This document shows positions 35,531 through 43,785 of a DNA stretch of 64,000 bases, piece by piece; positions within the stretch are counted from its first letter, which is position 1; every line of letters starts with the position of its first letter. Where the stretch lies: the NCBI GenBank assembly GCA_017513125.1, contig JAFWDI010000017.1:101012-165011 (forward strand), given 5' to 3'. The translations under genes and the position numbers were made by a program. This DNA is from Lachnospiraceae bacterium (GTDB lineage: Bacteria; Bacillota; Clostridia; Lachnospirales; Lachnospiraceae). The notes under the pieces are model-generated. The model worked only from the letters and a program-made list of their open reading frames with translations, searched no databases and was not told the origin of the DNA.

Positions 35531-35627
35531 AAACGGGTACGTAAGAGCACTCATTTCGCTTACCCCATTGACCGATTCTGTAGTATAATGCACCTGTATT
35601 ATAGTCTCTTGACGGAAGCACACAGGA

Positions 35628-37001
35628 GTGACCCCCATGGCGGAACCGGATCTGTTCGGATACATGAGCGGATTGAAGAAGGAAAAGGAAGCGCCTCTGG
35701 CCGCGCGCATGCGCCCCGAGACCCTTGACGAGGTCGTCGGGCAGCAGCACATCATCGGTGAGGGGACGCTGCTTTACCGCGCCATAAAAGCGGATAAGCT
35801 CAGTTCCATCATCCTCTACGGCCCGCCCGGTACCGGAAAGACCACGATCGCGAAGGTGATCGCGCACACGACGCGCGGCATCTTCTGCCAGATCAACGCC
35901 ACCTCCGCCGGAAAGAAGGACATGGAGGAGGTCGTGCGCCAGGCGAAGGATAACCTGGGCATGTACGGGAAGAGGACGATCCTGTTCATCGACGAGATCC
36001 ACCGTTTTAACAAGGCCCAGCAGGACTACCTCCTGCCCTTCGTCGAGGACGGCACGATCGTGCTGATCGGCGCGACCACCGAGAACCCATATTTCGAGGT
36101 GAACAGCGCGCTGATCTCGCGTTCGATCGTCTTCGAGCTGAAGCCGCTGACGAAGGAGGAGACGAAGACCCTGATCCTCCGCGCGGTGAACGACCCGGTG
36201 AAGGGCCTCGGAAGCTTTCACGTCACGATCGACGACGACGCGCTCGAGTTTCTCGCGGATGTGGCCGGGGGAGACGCGCGCGTGGCATTGAACGCGATCG
36301 AGCTCGCGGCACTGACCACGGACCCCGAGCTGCGCCCCGACGGGGCGGACGGCTCCGGGCAGGTCCGCGTGACGCTCGGAATCGCCGAGAACTGCGTGCA
36401 GAAGCGCGCGGTGCGCTATGAGAAGTCGGGGGATAACCACTACGACACGATCTCGGCGTTCATTAAGAGCATGCGGGGCTCGGACCCCGACGCGGCGGTC
36501 TACTACCTCGCGCGGATGCTGTACGCGGGCGAGGATATCAAGTTTATCGCCCGGCGCATCATGATCTGCGCCTCCGAGGACGTGGGCAATGCCGACCCCC
36601 AGGCGCTGCAGGTGGCCGTCGCCGCCGCGCAGGCCGTGGAGCGCATCGGCCTTCCGGAGTCGCGCATCATCCTCGCGCACGCCGCGATCTACGTCGCCTG
36701 CGCCCCGAAGAGCAATGCCGTCGTGGTCGCCATTGACCAGGCGGACCGCCACGTCCGTGAGCACGACGTGAAGACCGTCCCGCCGCACCTGCAGGACGCG
36801 CACTATCACGGGCATGAGGCGCTCGGCCGCGGGATCGGATATAAGTACGCACATGACTTCCCGGGGAACTACGTCGAGCAGCAGTACCTGCCCGACGAGG
36901 TCGTGGGAACGGTGTTCTACCGTCCCGGAGAGAACGGATACGAGAAGCAGATCGGCGAGCATCTGCGGAAACTGAAAGGCTCGCACACGGAAACGGAGTA
37001 A
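35628..37001 (+). CDS. rarA: replication-associated recombination protein A (AAA+ ATPase)
   Basis: GPPGTGKTT Walker A, FIDEIHRFNK Walker B, and the MgsA C-terminal block (YDTISAFIKSMRGSDPDAA.YYLARM). Confidence 0.95.
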   Translation: MTPMAEPDLFGYMSGLKKEKEAPLAARMRPETLDEVVGQQHIIGEGTLLYRAIKADKLSSIILYGPPGTGKTTIAKVIAHTTRGIFCQINATSAGKKDMEEVVRQAKDNLGMYGKRTILFIDEIHRFNKAQQDYLLPFVEDGTIVLIGATTENPYFEVNSALISRSIVFELKPLTKEETKTLILRAVNDPVKGLGSFHVTIDDDALEFLADVAGGDARVALNAIELAALTTDPELRPDGADGSGQVRVTLGIAENCVQKRAVRYEKSGDNHYDTISAFIKSMRGSDPDAAVYYLARMLYAGEDIKFIARRIMICASEDVGNADPQALQVAVAAAQAVERIGLPESRIILAHAAIYVACAPKSNAVVVAIDQADRHVREHDVKTVPPHLQDAHYHGHEALGRGIGYKYAHDFPGNYVEQQYLPDEVVGTVFYRPGENGYEKQIGEHLRKLKGSHTETE

Positions 37002-37039
37002 ACGCCGCGGCGGAACCGCCGCGCTGAAGGAGAACAGCC

Positions 37040-40000
37040 ATGCGTGAACGTCTGGGGTATCTCGCCAGAGGCCATATCGATTACGGAAAGAGCGCGCTTA
37101 TCGTCTCTTCGAACGCCATTCAGATGCCGGTCGGCGCCGGCACCGTCGAGAAGGGTTCGTTCGAACTGACGAATTCCGCGGGACTCACCGCCATGAAGGG
37201 ACTCGTCCGCTCGACCGACAGCCGCGTCCGCGTTTGGGACGACCGCTTCGTGAGCGGGACCGTGAAGATCCGCTTCGAGGTGAACGCGCAGTTCGAGGAG
37301 CCTGACAGCGCCATTGAGGGCGAGTTCCAGATCATCTCGAGCTGCGGGGAGCACTCAGTCCCCTTCCGCTTCGATATCGTGAACACCGCCGCGGATCACG
37401 CGTCCGGGATCGAGACTCCGGACGATCTCGCGCGCCTCGCCGAGGAGGACGAGGCCGCCGCGTTCTCGCTGTTCACGTCCCCCGGGTTCATTCATCTGCC
37501 GTTCATGAAGAACGGAAACTACCGCGTCCTGTACTCCGGCCTGATCGGCGGAGTGGGGAAGCGCGCCGCGATGGAGGAGTTCCTGACCGGCATCGGTGTG
37601 AAGGAGCGCGTACATCTGAGCGTGAACACCGGGCCGCGGTCCTACGTGATGACGAACGGCGCGATCGCCGACAGCATCACGGTCACGCGGAGCACCTGGG
37701 GTTATGTGAGTCTGGACGTGCGCTCAGACGCGGAGTTCCTGGTTCCCGAGAAGACGTCCTATACGAACAATGACTTCGAAGGCGACCTTCTGAACATCCG
37801 CTACCGGGTGGATCCGAAGGCATTGCACGCGGGAAAAAATTTCGCCCGCCTGAAGATCGACACGGCGGAGAAGTCCTTCGTGATGGACGTGGAGGTCCGC
37901 ACGCAGGGCACTGCCGACGGGGAGGAGATCATTGCCCGGCAGGCGTATCTGAACTACTGCGACCTGTACGTGAACTACCAGCTGCAGGACGGCCACGCGC
38001 ACACGCTGCTGGCGCGGATGCAGTCCGAGCTGACGCGCATGCGCAGCGGCGCCTATGAGACTTCGGATCTCGTCGAGCTGCAGCATGCGGAGATCTTCGC
38101 GCTTCAGGGCCGGACCGAGCAGGCGCAGATCCTGCTCGAGGACGCCGGATCGCGCGTGATGGACGTGCGGAACACGGACGTGGCCGCCTACTGCTACTAC
38201 CTCTATGTGAGAGACCTTCTGGAGCCTTCCGACTCCCTGAAGGAACTGCTTCTGCAGAAGCTGCTGGTCTGCTCCGAGAGCGGAGGACTTCCGGATGACG
38301 CGGTGATCTCTCTGCTGCTGCGGATGGATCCGGTCATGAACGGGAACCCCAGCATGAAGCTCTCGCAGATGAAGGGCTGGTACCGGATGGGCTGCCGCAG
38401 CGCCTTCCTGTTCATGGAGGCGGCGCTGACGGCGGTGCAGAACCCGGAGCTCATCCGCGTGCTCGAGCCGTTCGAGCAGTACATGTTCGATTTCGCGGTG
38501 AAGCACGGCATGGTCACCGACCGCCTCGCGATGAAGGCTGCCGACATGGCGGTCCGCGCGAAGGACCCGACGGGGCGCTTCCTGTACACGCTGATGGACC
38601 TCTACGATCAGAAACCTTCAAAGGAACTGATCGAGGCGATCTGCACGAACCTGATTCGCGGGGGCTGCCGCGGGAGCGAGTGGTTCCGCTGGTATCGCGC
38701 CGGCGTGGAGCAGGATGTGCGCATCACCGGACTCTACGAGCACTTCCTGTATTCGATGCCCGACGACTACCGCGAGCCCTGGCCGCGGATGGTATTGCTG
38801 TACTTTTCGTATAATTCCGTTCTGGACGAGGCTGCGGGCTCGCGCCTCTACCGCTATGTGAACGACCACCCCGACCGGGATCCGGAACTTCGCGAGCGTT
38901 ACCGGACGCAGACCGAGCGCTTCGTGCTGCGCCAGCTGGCGGAGGGCCGCATGAATAACGATCTGGCGGTCCTCTACGACGCCTATCTGGCCCCGGAAAT
39001 GATCGGCGATGAGCTGCTGCCGCGGCTGCCGGAGATCGTGTTCGGCCACAGTATCCGCTGCGAGGCTCCGCAGGTGACGCACGCGGTCGTCTGCTACGAG
39101 GAGCTGCGCGACGAGACCGTCGTTGAGTTCCACGACGGCGTGGCCTGCGCCCCGATCTATACCGAGAACGCGAGAGTCCTCACGCAGGACGCGCGCGGGA
39201 ACCGTTACGAGAGCTTCCCGGTCACGGTCCGTCCGCTGACGCGGAACGCCGACCTGAAGCGCTGGTGCATCGCGAAGAACCCTTCGAACGAGATGATCCT
39301 GCTCGCCTGCGGCAGCCGGGACGGCGCGAAGGACGGCGATGCGGTCGTATACCGGCAGAAACTCCTGCATTTCGAAAATCTTCATCCCGCCTACCGCAGG
39401 GATGTGTTCACCGGACTTACCGAGTGGTATCTGGAACATCCGGACGCGGAGGGCGGCGAAGACTTCCTGCTGACCACGGACAAGCGCTTCCTCGATCCGA
39501 AGGACCGCGCCCGCGTCATCGACCTGATGATCGACAAGGACCTGCTGCCGGAGGCCTGGCGGCTGGTCGAGAAGTTCGGGCCGGCGGGCATTGCCCCCGA
39601 AAAACTGAAAGAACTGTGCAGCCGCATGGTCATGGAGCGGCTGTACGGATACGACGAGCGCGTGCTCGACATGGCGCAGATCTGCTTCGCGAACGACGAA
39701 CTGGACGATAAGATCCTCGAGTATCTGTGCTGCTGGTACAATGCCTCCTCGGCCGACATGTACCGACTTCAGCGGAAGGCTGCCGAGGCCGGCACGGACT
39801 CGCACGACCTGGAGGAGCGCCTGCTCGGGCAGATGCTCTTCTCGGGCGAGACGGAGCATCTGGACGAGATCTTCCTGGCGTATATCGCGCGGTCGTCCTG
39901 CGACGAGATCATCCTGAAGGCCTTCCTCGCGGTGAAGAGCTGGCTTTACGTGATGAAGGGCGAGAAGATCGATACCGACATCGAGCAGTACATGGCGCAG

Positions 40001-40576
40001 CTGTGCGACCAGAGCGACATGCGCGCGCTGCCGGACATCTGCATGATTGCGCTGACGCAGTCGGCCTCCGAGCGGGTGAAGGACCTGACGGCGGAGGGAA
40101 AGGACCTCGTCGAGCGGATGATCCGCAGCCTCTGGGAGAAGGGCTATCTCTTCGGCTTCTATTCAAAGTTCTCGAAGGTCGTGGCGCTTCCCGACGAGTT
40201 CGCGGACAAGGCCATCGTAGAGTACCGCGGCGCTCCGGGCCGGAACCTCCGGATCGTCTGGCGCCTGGCGGACGAAGAGGAGGAGAGCGCGGATCTGCCC
40301 GAAGTGTTCGAGGGCGTCTACGCGACCGCGCTCCCGCTGCTGTACGGCGAGGAGCTGAAGTACGACATCCTTCAGGCGAGCGTCGGCGACGTGCTGACGT
40401 CGGGCACGGTCCGGTTCCTCGGAAAGCCGAAGGCGGCGGCCGTGACGCGTACCGCGGCGCTGAACCGGATCCTCGCGGCGATCGCGAAAGACGACGACGC
40501 TGCGGTCGAGGATGAGATGATGGATTATGCCGTCAAGGACGGCCTGATCGAGAAGTGCTTCACACCGATGGAGTGA
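37040..40576 (+). CDS. uncharacterised 1178-aa protein: N-terminal beta-sandwich-like module + about 1000 aa helical repeats
   Basis: GAAGGAG RBS. Coding-like composition throughout. I recall a Firmicutes DUF family (possibly DUF5717) of this size and neighbourhood; this is unverified. Confidence 0.75.
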   Translation: MRERLGYLARGHIDYGKSALIVSSNAIQMPVGAGTVEKGSFELTNSAGLTAMKGLVRSTDSRVRVWDDRFVSGTVKIRFEVNAQFEEPDSAIEGEFQIISSCGEHSVPFRFDIVNTAADHASGIETPDDLARLAEEDEAAAFSLFTSPGFIHLPFMKNGNYRVLYSGLIGGVGKRAAMEEFLTGIGVKERVHLSVNTGPRSYVMTNGAIADSITVTRSTWGYVSLDVRSDAEFLVPEKTSYTNNDFEGDLLNIRYRVDPKALHAGKNFARLKIDTAEKSFVMDVEVRTQGTADGEEIIARQAYLNYCDLYVNYQLQDGHAHTLLARMQSELTRMRSGAYETSDLVELQHAEIFALQGRTEQAQILLEDAGSRVMDVRNTDVAAYCYYLYVRDLLEPSDSLKELLLQKLLVCSESGGLPDDAVISLLLRMDPVMNGNPSMKLSQMKGWYRMGCRSAFLFMEAALTAVQNPELIRVLEPFEQYMFDFAVKHGMVTDRLAMKAADMAVRAKDPTGRFLYTLMDLYDQKPSKELIEAICTNLIRGGCRGSEWFRWYRAGVEQDVRITGLYEHFLYSMPDDYREPWPRMVLLYFSYNSVLDEAAGSRLYRYVNDHPDRDPELRERYRTQTERFVLRQLAEGRMNNDLAVLYDAYLAPEMIGDELLPRLPEIVFGHSIRCEAPQVTHAVVCYEELRDETVVEFHDGVACAPIYTENARVLTQDARGNRYESFPVTVRPLTRNADLKRWCIAKNPSNEMILLACGSRDGAKDGDAVVYRQKLLHFENLHPAYRRDVFTGLTEWYLEHPDAEGGEDFLLTTDKRFLDPKDRARVIDLMIDKDLLPEAWRLVEKFGPAGIAPEKLKELCSRMVMERLYGYDERVLDMAQICFANDELDDKILEYLCCWYNASSADMYRLQRKAAEAGTDSHDLEERLLGQMLFSGETEHLDEIFLAYIARSSCDEIILKAFLAVKSWLYVMKGEKIDTDIEQYMAQLCDQSDMRALPDICMIALTQSASERVKDLTAEGKDLVERMIRSLWEKGYLFGFYSKFSKVVALPDEFADKAIVEYRGAPGRNLRIVWRLADEEEESADLPEVFEGVYATALPLLYGEELKYDILQASVGDVLTSGTVRFLGKPKAAAVTRTAALNRILAAIAKDDDAAVEDEMMDYAVKDGLIEKCFTPME

Positions 40577-40593
40577 CGGAACGGAGGCAGACT

Positions 40594-41853
40594 ATGGGAC
40601 TGATCATGGGCGTTGACCTTTGCGACGACTACAGTCAGGTCAGCTGGTTCGACAAAAAGATCATGGACGCGGTCCAGGCGGGCACCTCCGAGAAGGAGGA
40701 GTCCTGCCTGATACCTTCGGTGGTGTGCCGCAGAAAAAAGACGGACGACTGGCTGATCGGCGAGGACGCCTATCTGCTGGCGCTCGACGGCGAGGGCACG
40801 ATGGTGGATAAGCCCGTGAAGCTTCTCGAGAAGAAGGGCACGGCCACGATCCGCCGCGTGAAGTATACCGCCTCGGACATCATGCGGATCTTCCTGGAGA
40901 AGCTGATCAATCTCGCGAAGGCCCGCAGCGGCGAGACCGAGATCGAGAGTCTCGTGATCACGCTGCAGGATACATTGCCCGAGGTGCTCGACGCGATGAT
41001 CGGGATCACCGACAGCCTCGGGATCGCGCGCGAAGCGGTGCATATCATCAATCACTGCGAGGCTTACATGTTTTACGTGCTGAGCCAGAAGAAGGAGATC
41101 TGGGCGAACAACACCTGCCTGTTCGACCTGAACGCGAACGATCTGTTTTATTACGAGTTTTCGGTCATGCGCGGGCGGAAGCCCCAGCTGGTGCAGGTCA
41201 GCGGGATGCCGCTCGAGGAGGGCTTCAGCCTCGAAGTCCTGGACACGGAGTCCGGTGAGAAGACCGCGGACACGATACTGACGACCTGCGCGGGCCGCCT
41301 GCTGGATAAGAAGATCATCACGACGGTCTTCCTGACCGGAAAGGGTTTCGAGCGCACGGACTGGGCGCCGGAGTTTCTGCGGACCGTCTGCCAGAAGCGG
41401 CGCGTGTTCTACGGCCAGAACCTGTTCGCGAAGGGGGCGGCGTTTCTGGCGTATGACGCGACATTGCCCCAGACAAGCTTCCCGTACGTCTGCGTCTGCG
41501 AGGGCCGGATCCCCTCGACGATCTCGATGCGCGTGCTCTACGAAGGCAGGGAGCGTCAGCTCGTGGTGCTCTCGGCCGGCACGAACTGGTACGAGGCGAA
41601 GTCCACGGTGGACCTGATCCTCGAGAGTGAAGATTATCTGGAATTTTACGTGACGCCGGCGGCGGGCACGACGCAGAAGCGCTATGTGGTGGATCTGTCG
41701 GAGTTTCCGGCGCGGCCGGTGCGCACCACCAGGGTGCAGGCCGTGTTCGCGTTTACGGACGACCGCCGCATGACGGTGCGCGTGATCGACAAGGGTTTCG
41801 GAGAGTTCTTCCCGGCGAGCGGGAAGATGGTGAAGCAGGACTTCATTATTTGA
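40594..41853 (+). CDS. Hsp70/actin-fold protein with degenerate nucleotide-binding loops
   Basis: GVDLCDDYS aligns with DnaK GIDLGTTNS, LVITLQDTL...IINHCEAYMFY with AVITVPAYF...[12 protein letters not shown], and FDLNANDLF with FDLGGGTFD. GGAGG RBS before ATG 40594. Confidence 0.75.
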   Translation: MGLIMGVDLCDDYSQVSWFDKKIMDAVQAGTSEKEESCLIPSVVCRRKKTDDWLIGEDAYLLALDGEGTMVDKPVKLLEKKGTATIRRVKYTASDIMRIFLEKLINLAKARSGETEIESLVITLQDTLPEVLDAMIGITDSLGIAREAVHIINHCEAYMFYVLSQKKEIWANNTCLFDLNANDLFYYEFSVMRGRKPQLVQVSGMPLEEGFSLEVLDTESGEKTADTILTTCAGRLLDKKIITTVFLTGKGFERTDWAPEFLRTVCQKRRVFYGQNLFAKGAAFLAYDATLPQTSFPYVCVCEGRIPSTISMRVLYEGRERQLVVLSAGTNWYEAKSTVDLILESEDYLEFYVTPAAGTTQKRYVVDLSEFPARPVRTTRVQAVFAFTDDRRMTVRVIDKGFGEFFPASGKMVKQDFII

Positions 41854-41911
41854 TACGGCCCCGCGGAATGTGAAAGCGGGCAGGACCTCAGGTCCGGCCG
41901 GGAGGTAAGTC

Positions 41912-42724
41912 ATGGGATACATTCTGTGCAAAGACGCGGAAGCAGAGCAGCCCTATTACGTGAAAGAACTCGGATTGAGCCTTCGGAGCGCCTACGAGCT
42001 CTGCTACTTTATCTATAATCACAGCGCGCTGATCGACGACGGGTTTCCGTCCGAGGAGATGCTGCGGTTCATCGGGACCGGCTGCCGCATGCCGGACCTG
42101 GAGCGGAAGCTGCGCAAATGGAAGAACGACGGCGAAGACGTCGAAGTGCTCATGCTGACGATTCTGCAGGACGTGCACTACTACGGCGAGCGCGACATGA
42201 GACTGTTCTCGGAGCGCATGAACCGGCGGCGCGGCCTGCCTGCGGCCGAAAAGGCGAAGCAGCGCGCGGACTACCTGCTCGGACAGAAGTATTACTCGGA
42301 GGCGCTGGCCATGTACGAACAGATCCTGCGCGGTGAGTTCGGCGAGCCCGACGACGGACTGCGCGGACGCGTCAGGTATAACAGCGCGGTCGCGATGGCC
42401 GGCCTGTTCCTGTTCGCGGAAGCCGCGGAGGCATTCGCGGAGAGCTATGAGATCCTCGGGCAGGAGAGCATCCTGCGCGATCTGTGCTTCCTCTATGAGA
42501 TCGATGAAACGATCCCGATCCGCAGCGACCTGATCGATCCGGTCCCGGCCAGAAACCGCCTCTTCTGGAAAGAAGAGTATGAGAACGCGAGGACCCGCGC
42601 GGCGAACGAGGGCAAGGCTCTCCGGGTGCGCGCGGCACTCGAAAAGGGCGCGTTCTCCAGGCACGAAGCCGTGACCGCTCTCGCGGAAGAGTGGAAGAAC
42701 GAATATCGGAGAATGTCGCGATGA
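41912..42724 (+). CDS. uncharacterised 270-aa helical (TPR-like) protein
   Basis: GGGAGG RBS. TPR-like stretch (QRADYLLGQKYYSEALAMYEQIL). The stop overlaps the aroK start (ATGA). Confidence 0.65.
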   Translation: MGYILCKDAEAEQPYYVKELGLSLRSAYELCYFIYNHSALIDDGFPSEEMLRFIGTGCRMPDLERKLRKWKNDGEDVEVLMLTILQDVHYYGERDMRLFSERMNRRRGLPAAEKAKQRADYLLGQKYYSEALAMYEQILRGEFGEPDDGLRGRVRYNSAVAMAGLFLFAEAAEAFAESYEILGQESILRDLCFLYEIDETIPIRSDLIDPVPARNRLFWKEEYENARTRAANEGKALRVRAALEKGAFSRHEAVTALAEEWKNEYRRMSR

Positions 42725-43311
42725 CCGGCGGGAACCATGCCGGCCGCGGCGCCGCCGCGAACATCGTCCTCCTGGGTTTCATGGGTTGCGGAAAGACGAC
42801 CGCGGCCGCGAAGCTTGCGGAGATCGGCGGGCTGGAAGCGGTCGAGACGGATGAGATCATTGCCCGCAGGGCCGGAATGAGCATCCCTGAGATCTTCGCC
42901 CGCGAAGGCGAGGAAGGCTTTCGGGCACGCGAGACCGCGGTACTGAGGGAAGCGCTCGCGGGGCGCGGGCGCGTCATATCCTGCGGGGGCGGCGTCGTCA
43001 CGAGGCCGGAGAATGCGGCTCTTCTTCGAGAGGCCGCGGCTGCGGGAAATTGCATCGTGATCCGTCTGACGGCGAGCCCGGAGACGGTCTTCGCACGGAT
43101 CGGCGCGGATCCCGGACGGCCCATGCTGAAGGACGTCCGCGGGCCCGAAGACATCGCGCGTCTGATGGCGCGGCGAGAGGACGCATACCGGGCCGCGGGC
43201 GGCGCGGAGGTCGTCACGGACGGGCGCGGCGCGGAGGAGATCGCGCGGGAGATCCTTAAGATCGCTTCGGACGGCGCGGAGGATCCGGACACCGCGGGAG
43301 AAGACGGATGA
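42721..43311 (+). CDS. aroK: shikimate kinase
   Basis: IVLLGFMGCGKTT Walker A, then ETDEII...G.SI.EIF...GE..FR..E block. Confidence 0.85.
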   Translation: MTGGNHAGRGAAANIVLLGFMGCGKTTAAAKLAEIGGLEAVETDEIIARRAGMSIPEIFAREGEEGFRARETAVLREALAGRGRVISCGGGVVTRPENAALLREAAAAGNCIVIRLTASPETVFARIGADPGRPMLKDVRGPEDIARLMARREDAYRAAGGAEVVTDGRGAEEIAREILKIASDGAEDPDTAGEDG

Positions 43312-43775
43312 AACATTTATATGAGATCTACGACGGCTACGAGGATCTCCGCAAGGGCGAAAAGAAGCTTTTCGGAAGGACGAGGACCTCGAACCGCGAC
43401 GCTTACGCGGCTGCCATGAGGCGGTTCCGCGATACATACGAAGAGGATGTCCTCGATACCTGCGCGCAGGCCGCGGAGAGCGCGGATCCCGCAGGTTTTC
43501 TTTCCGCTTACGGACAGCGGTTCATGGACGAGGCGGAGCGGATCCTCGCGAAGGGGAAGCAGAAGGTCCCGCGCTCCGTGAAGGTCGACAGCACGTTTTT
43601 TACGGTCATGTATGTGATCCCGCTGATCCGGCTGTGCGGCGCCGGGAACCGGGACGACCTCGCGGAGGCGGTCCGCGCGGCCTGGTCGGAGCGCTTCGGC
43701 GAACCGGATATGAAGCTGACGTCGTACCAGGACATCTTCGCTGCATTCAACACGAAATTCCTCGGATTCCTTTAA
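43308..43775 (+). CDS. hypothetical protein (155 aa)
   Basis: ATGA overlap with aroK. Coding-like composition. No family recognised. Confidence 0.6.
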   Translation: MKHLYEIYDGYEDLRKGEKKLFGRTRTSNRDAYAAAMRRFRDTYEEDVLDTCAQAAESADPAGFLSAYGQRFMDEAERILAKGKQKVPRSVKVDSTFFTVMYVIPLIRLCGAGNRDDLAEAVRAAWSERFGEPDMKLTSYQDIFAAFNTKFLGFL

Positions 43776-43785
43776 AGGAGAGAAC

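Noticed and set aside
43308-43775. The 155-aa protein as an alternative SCIFF-maturase substrate
   Set aside because: It has only two Cys, no Cys-rich C-terminal core and no leader-like features.
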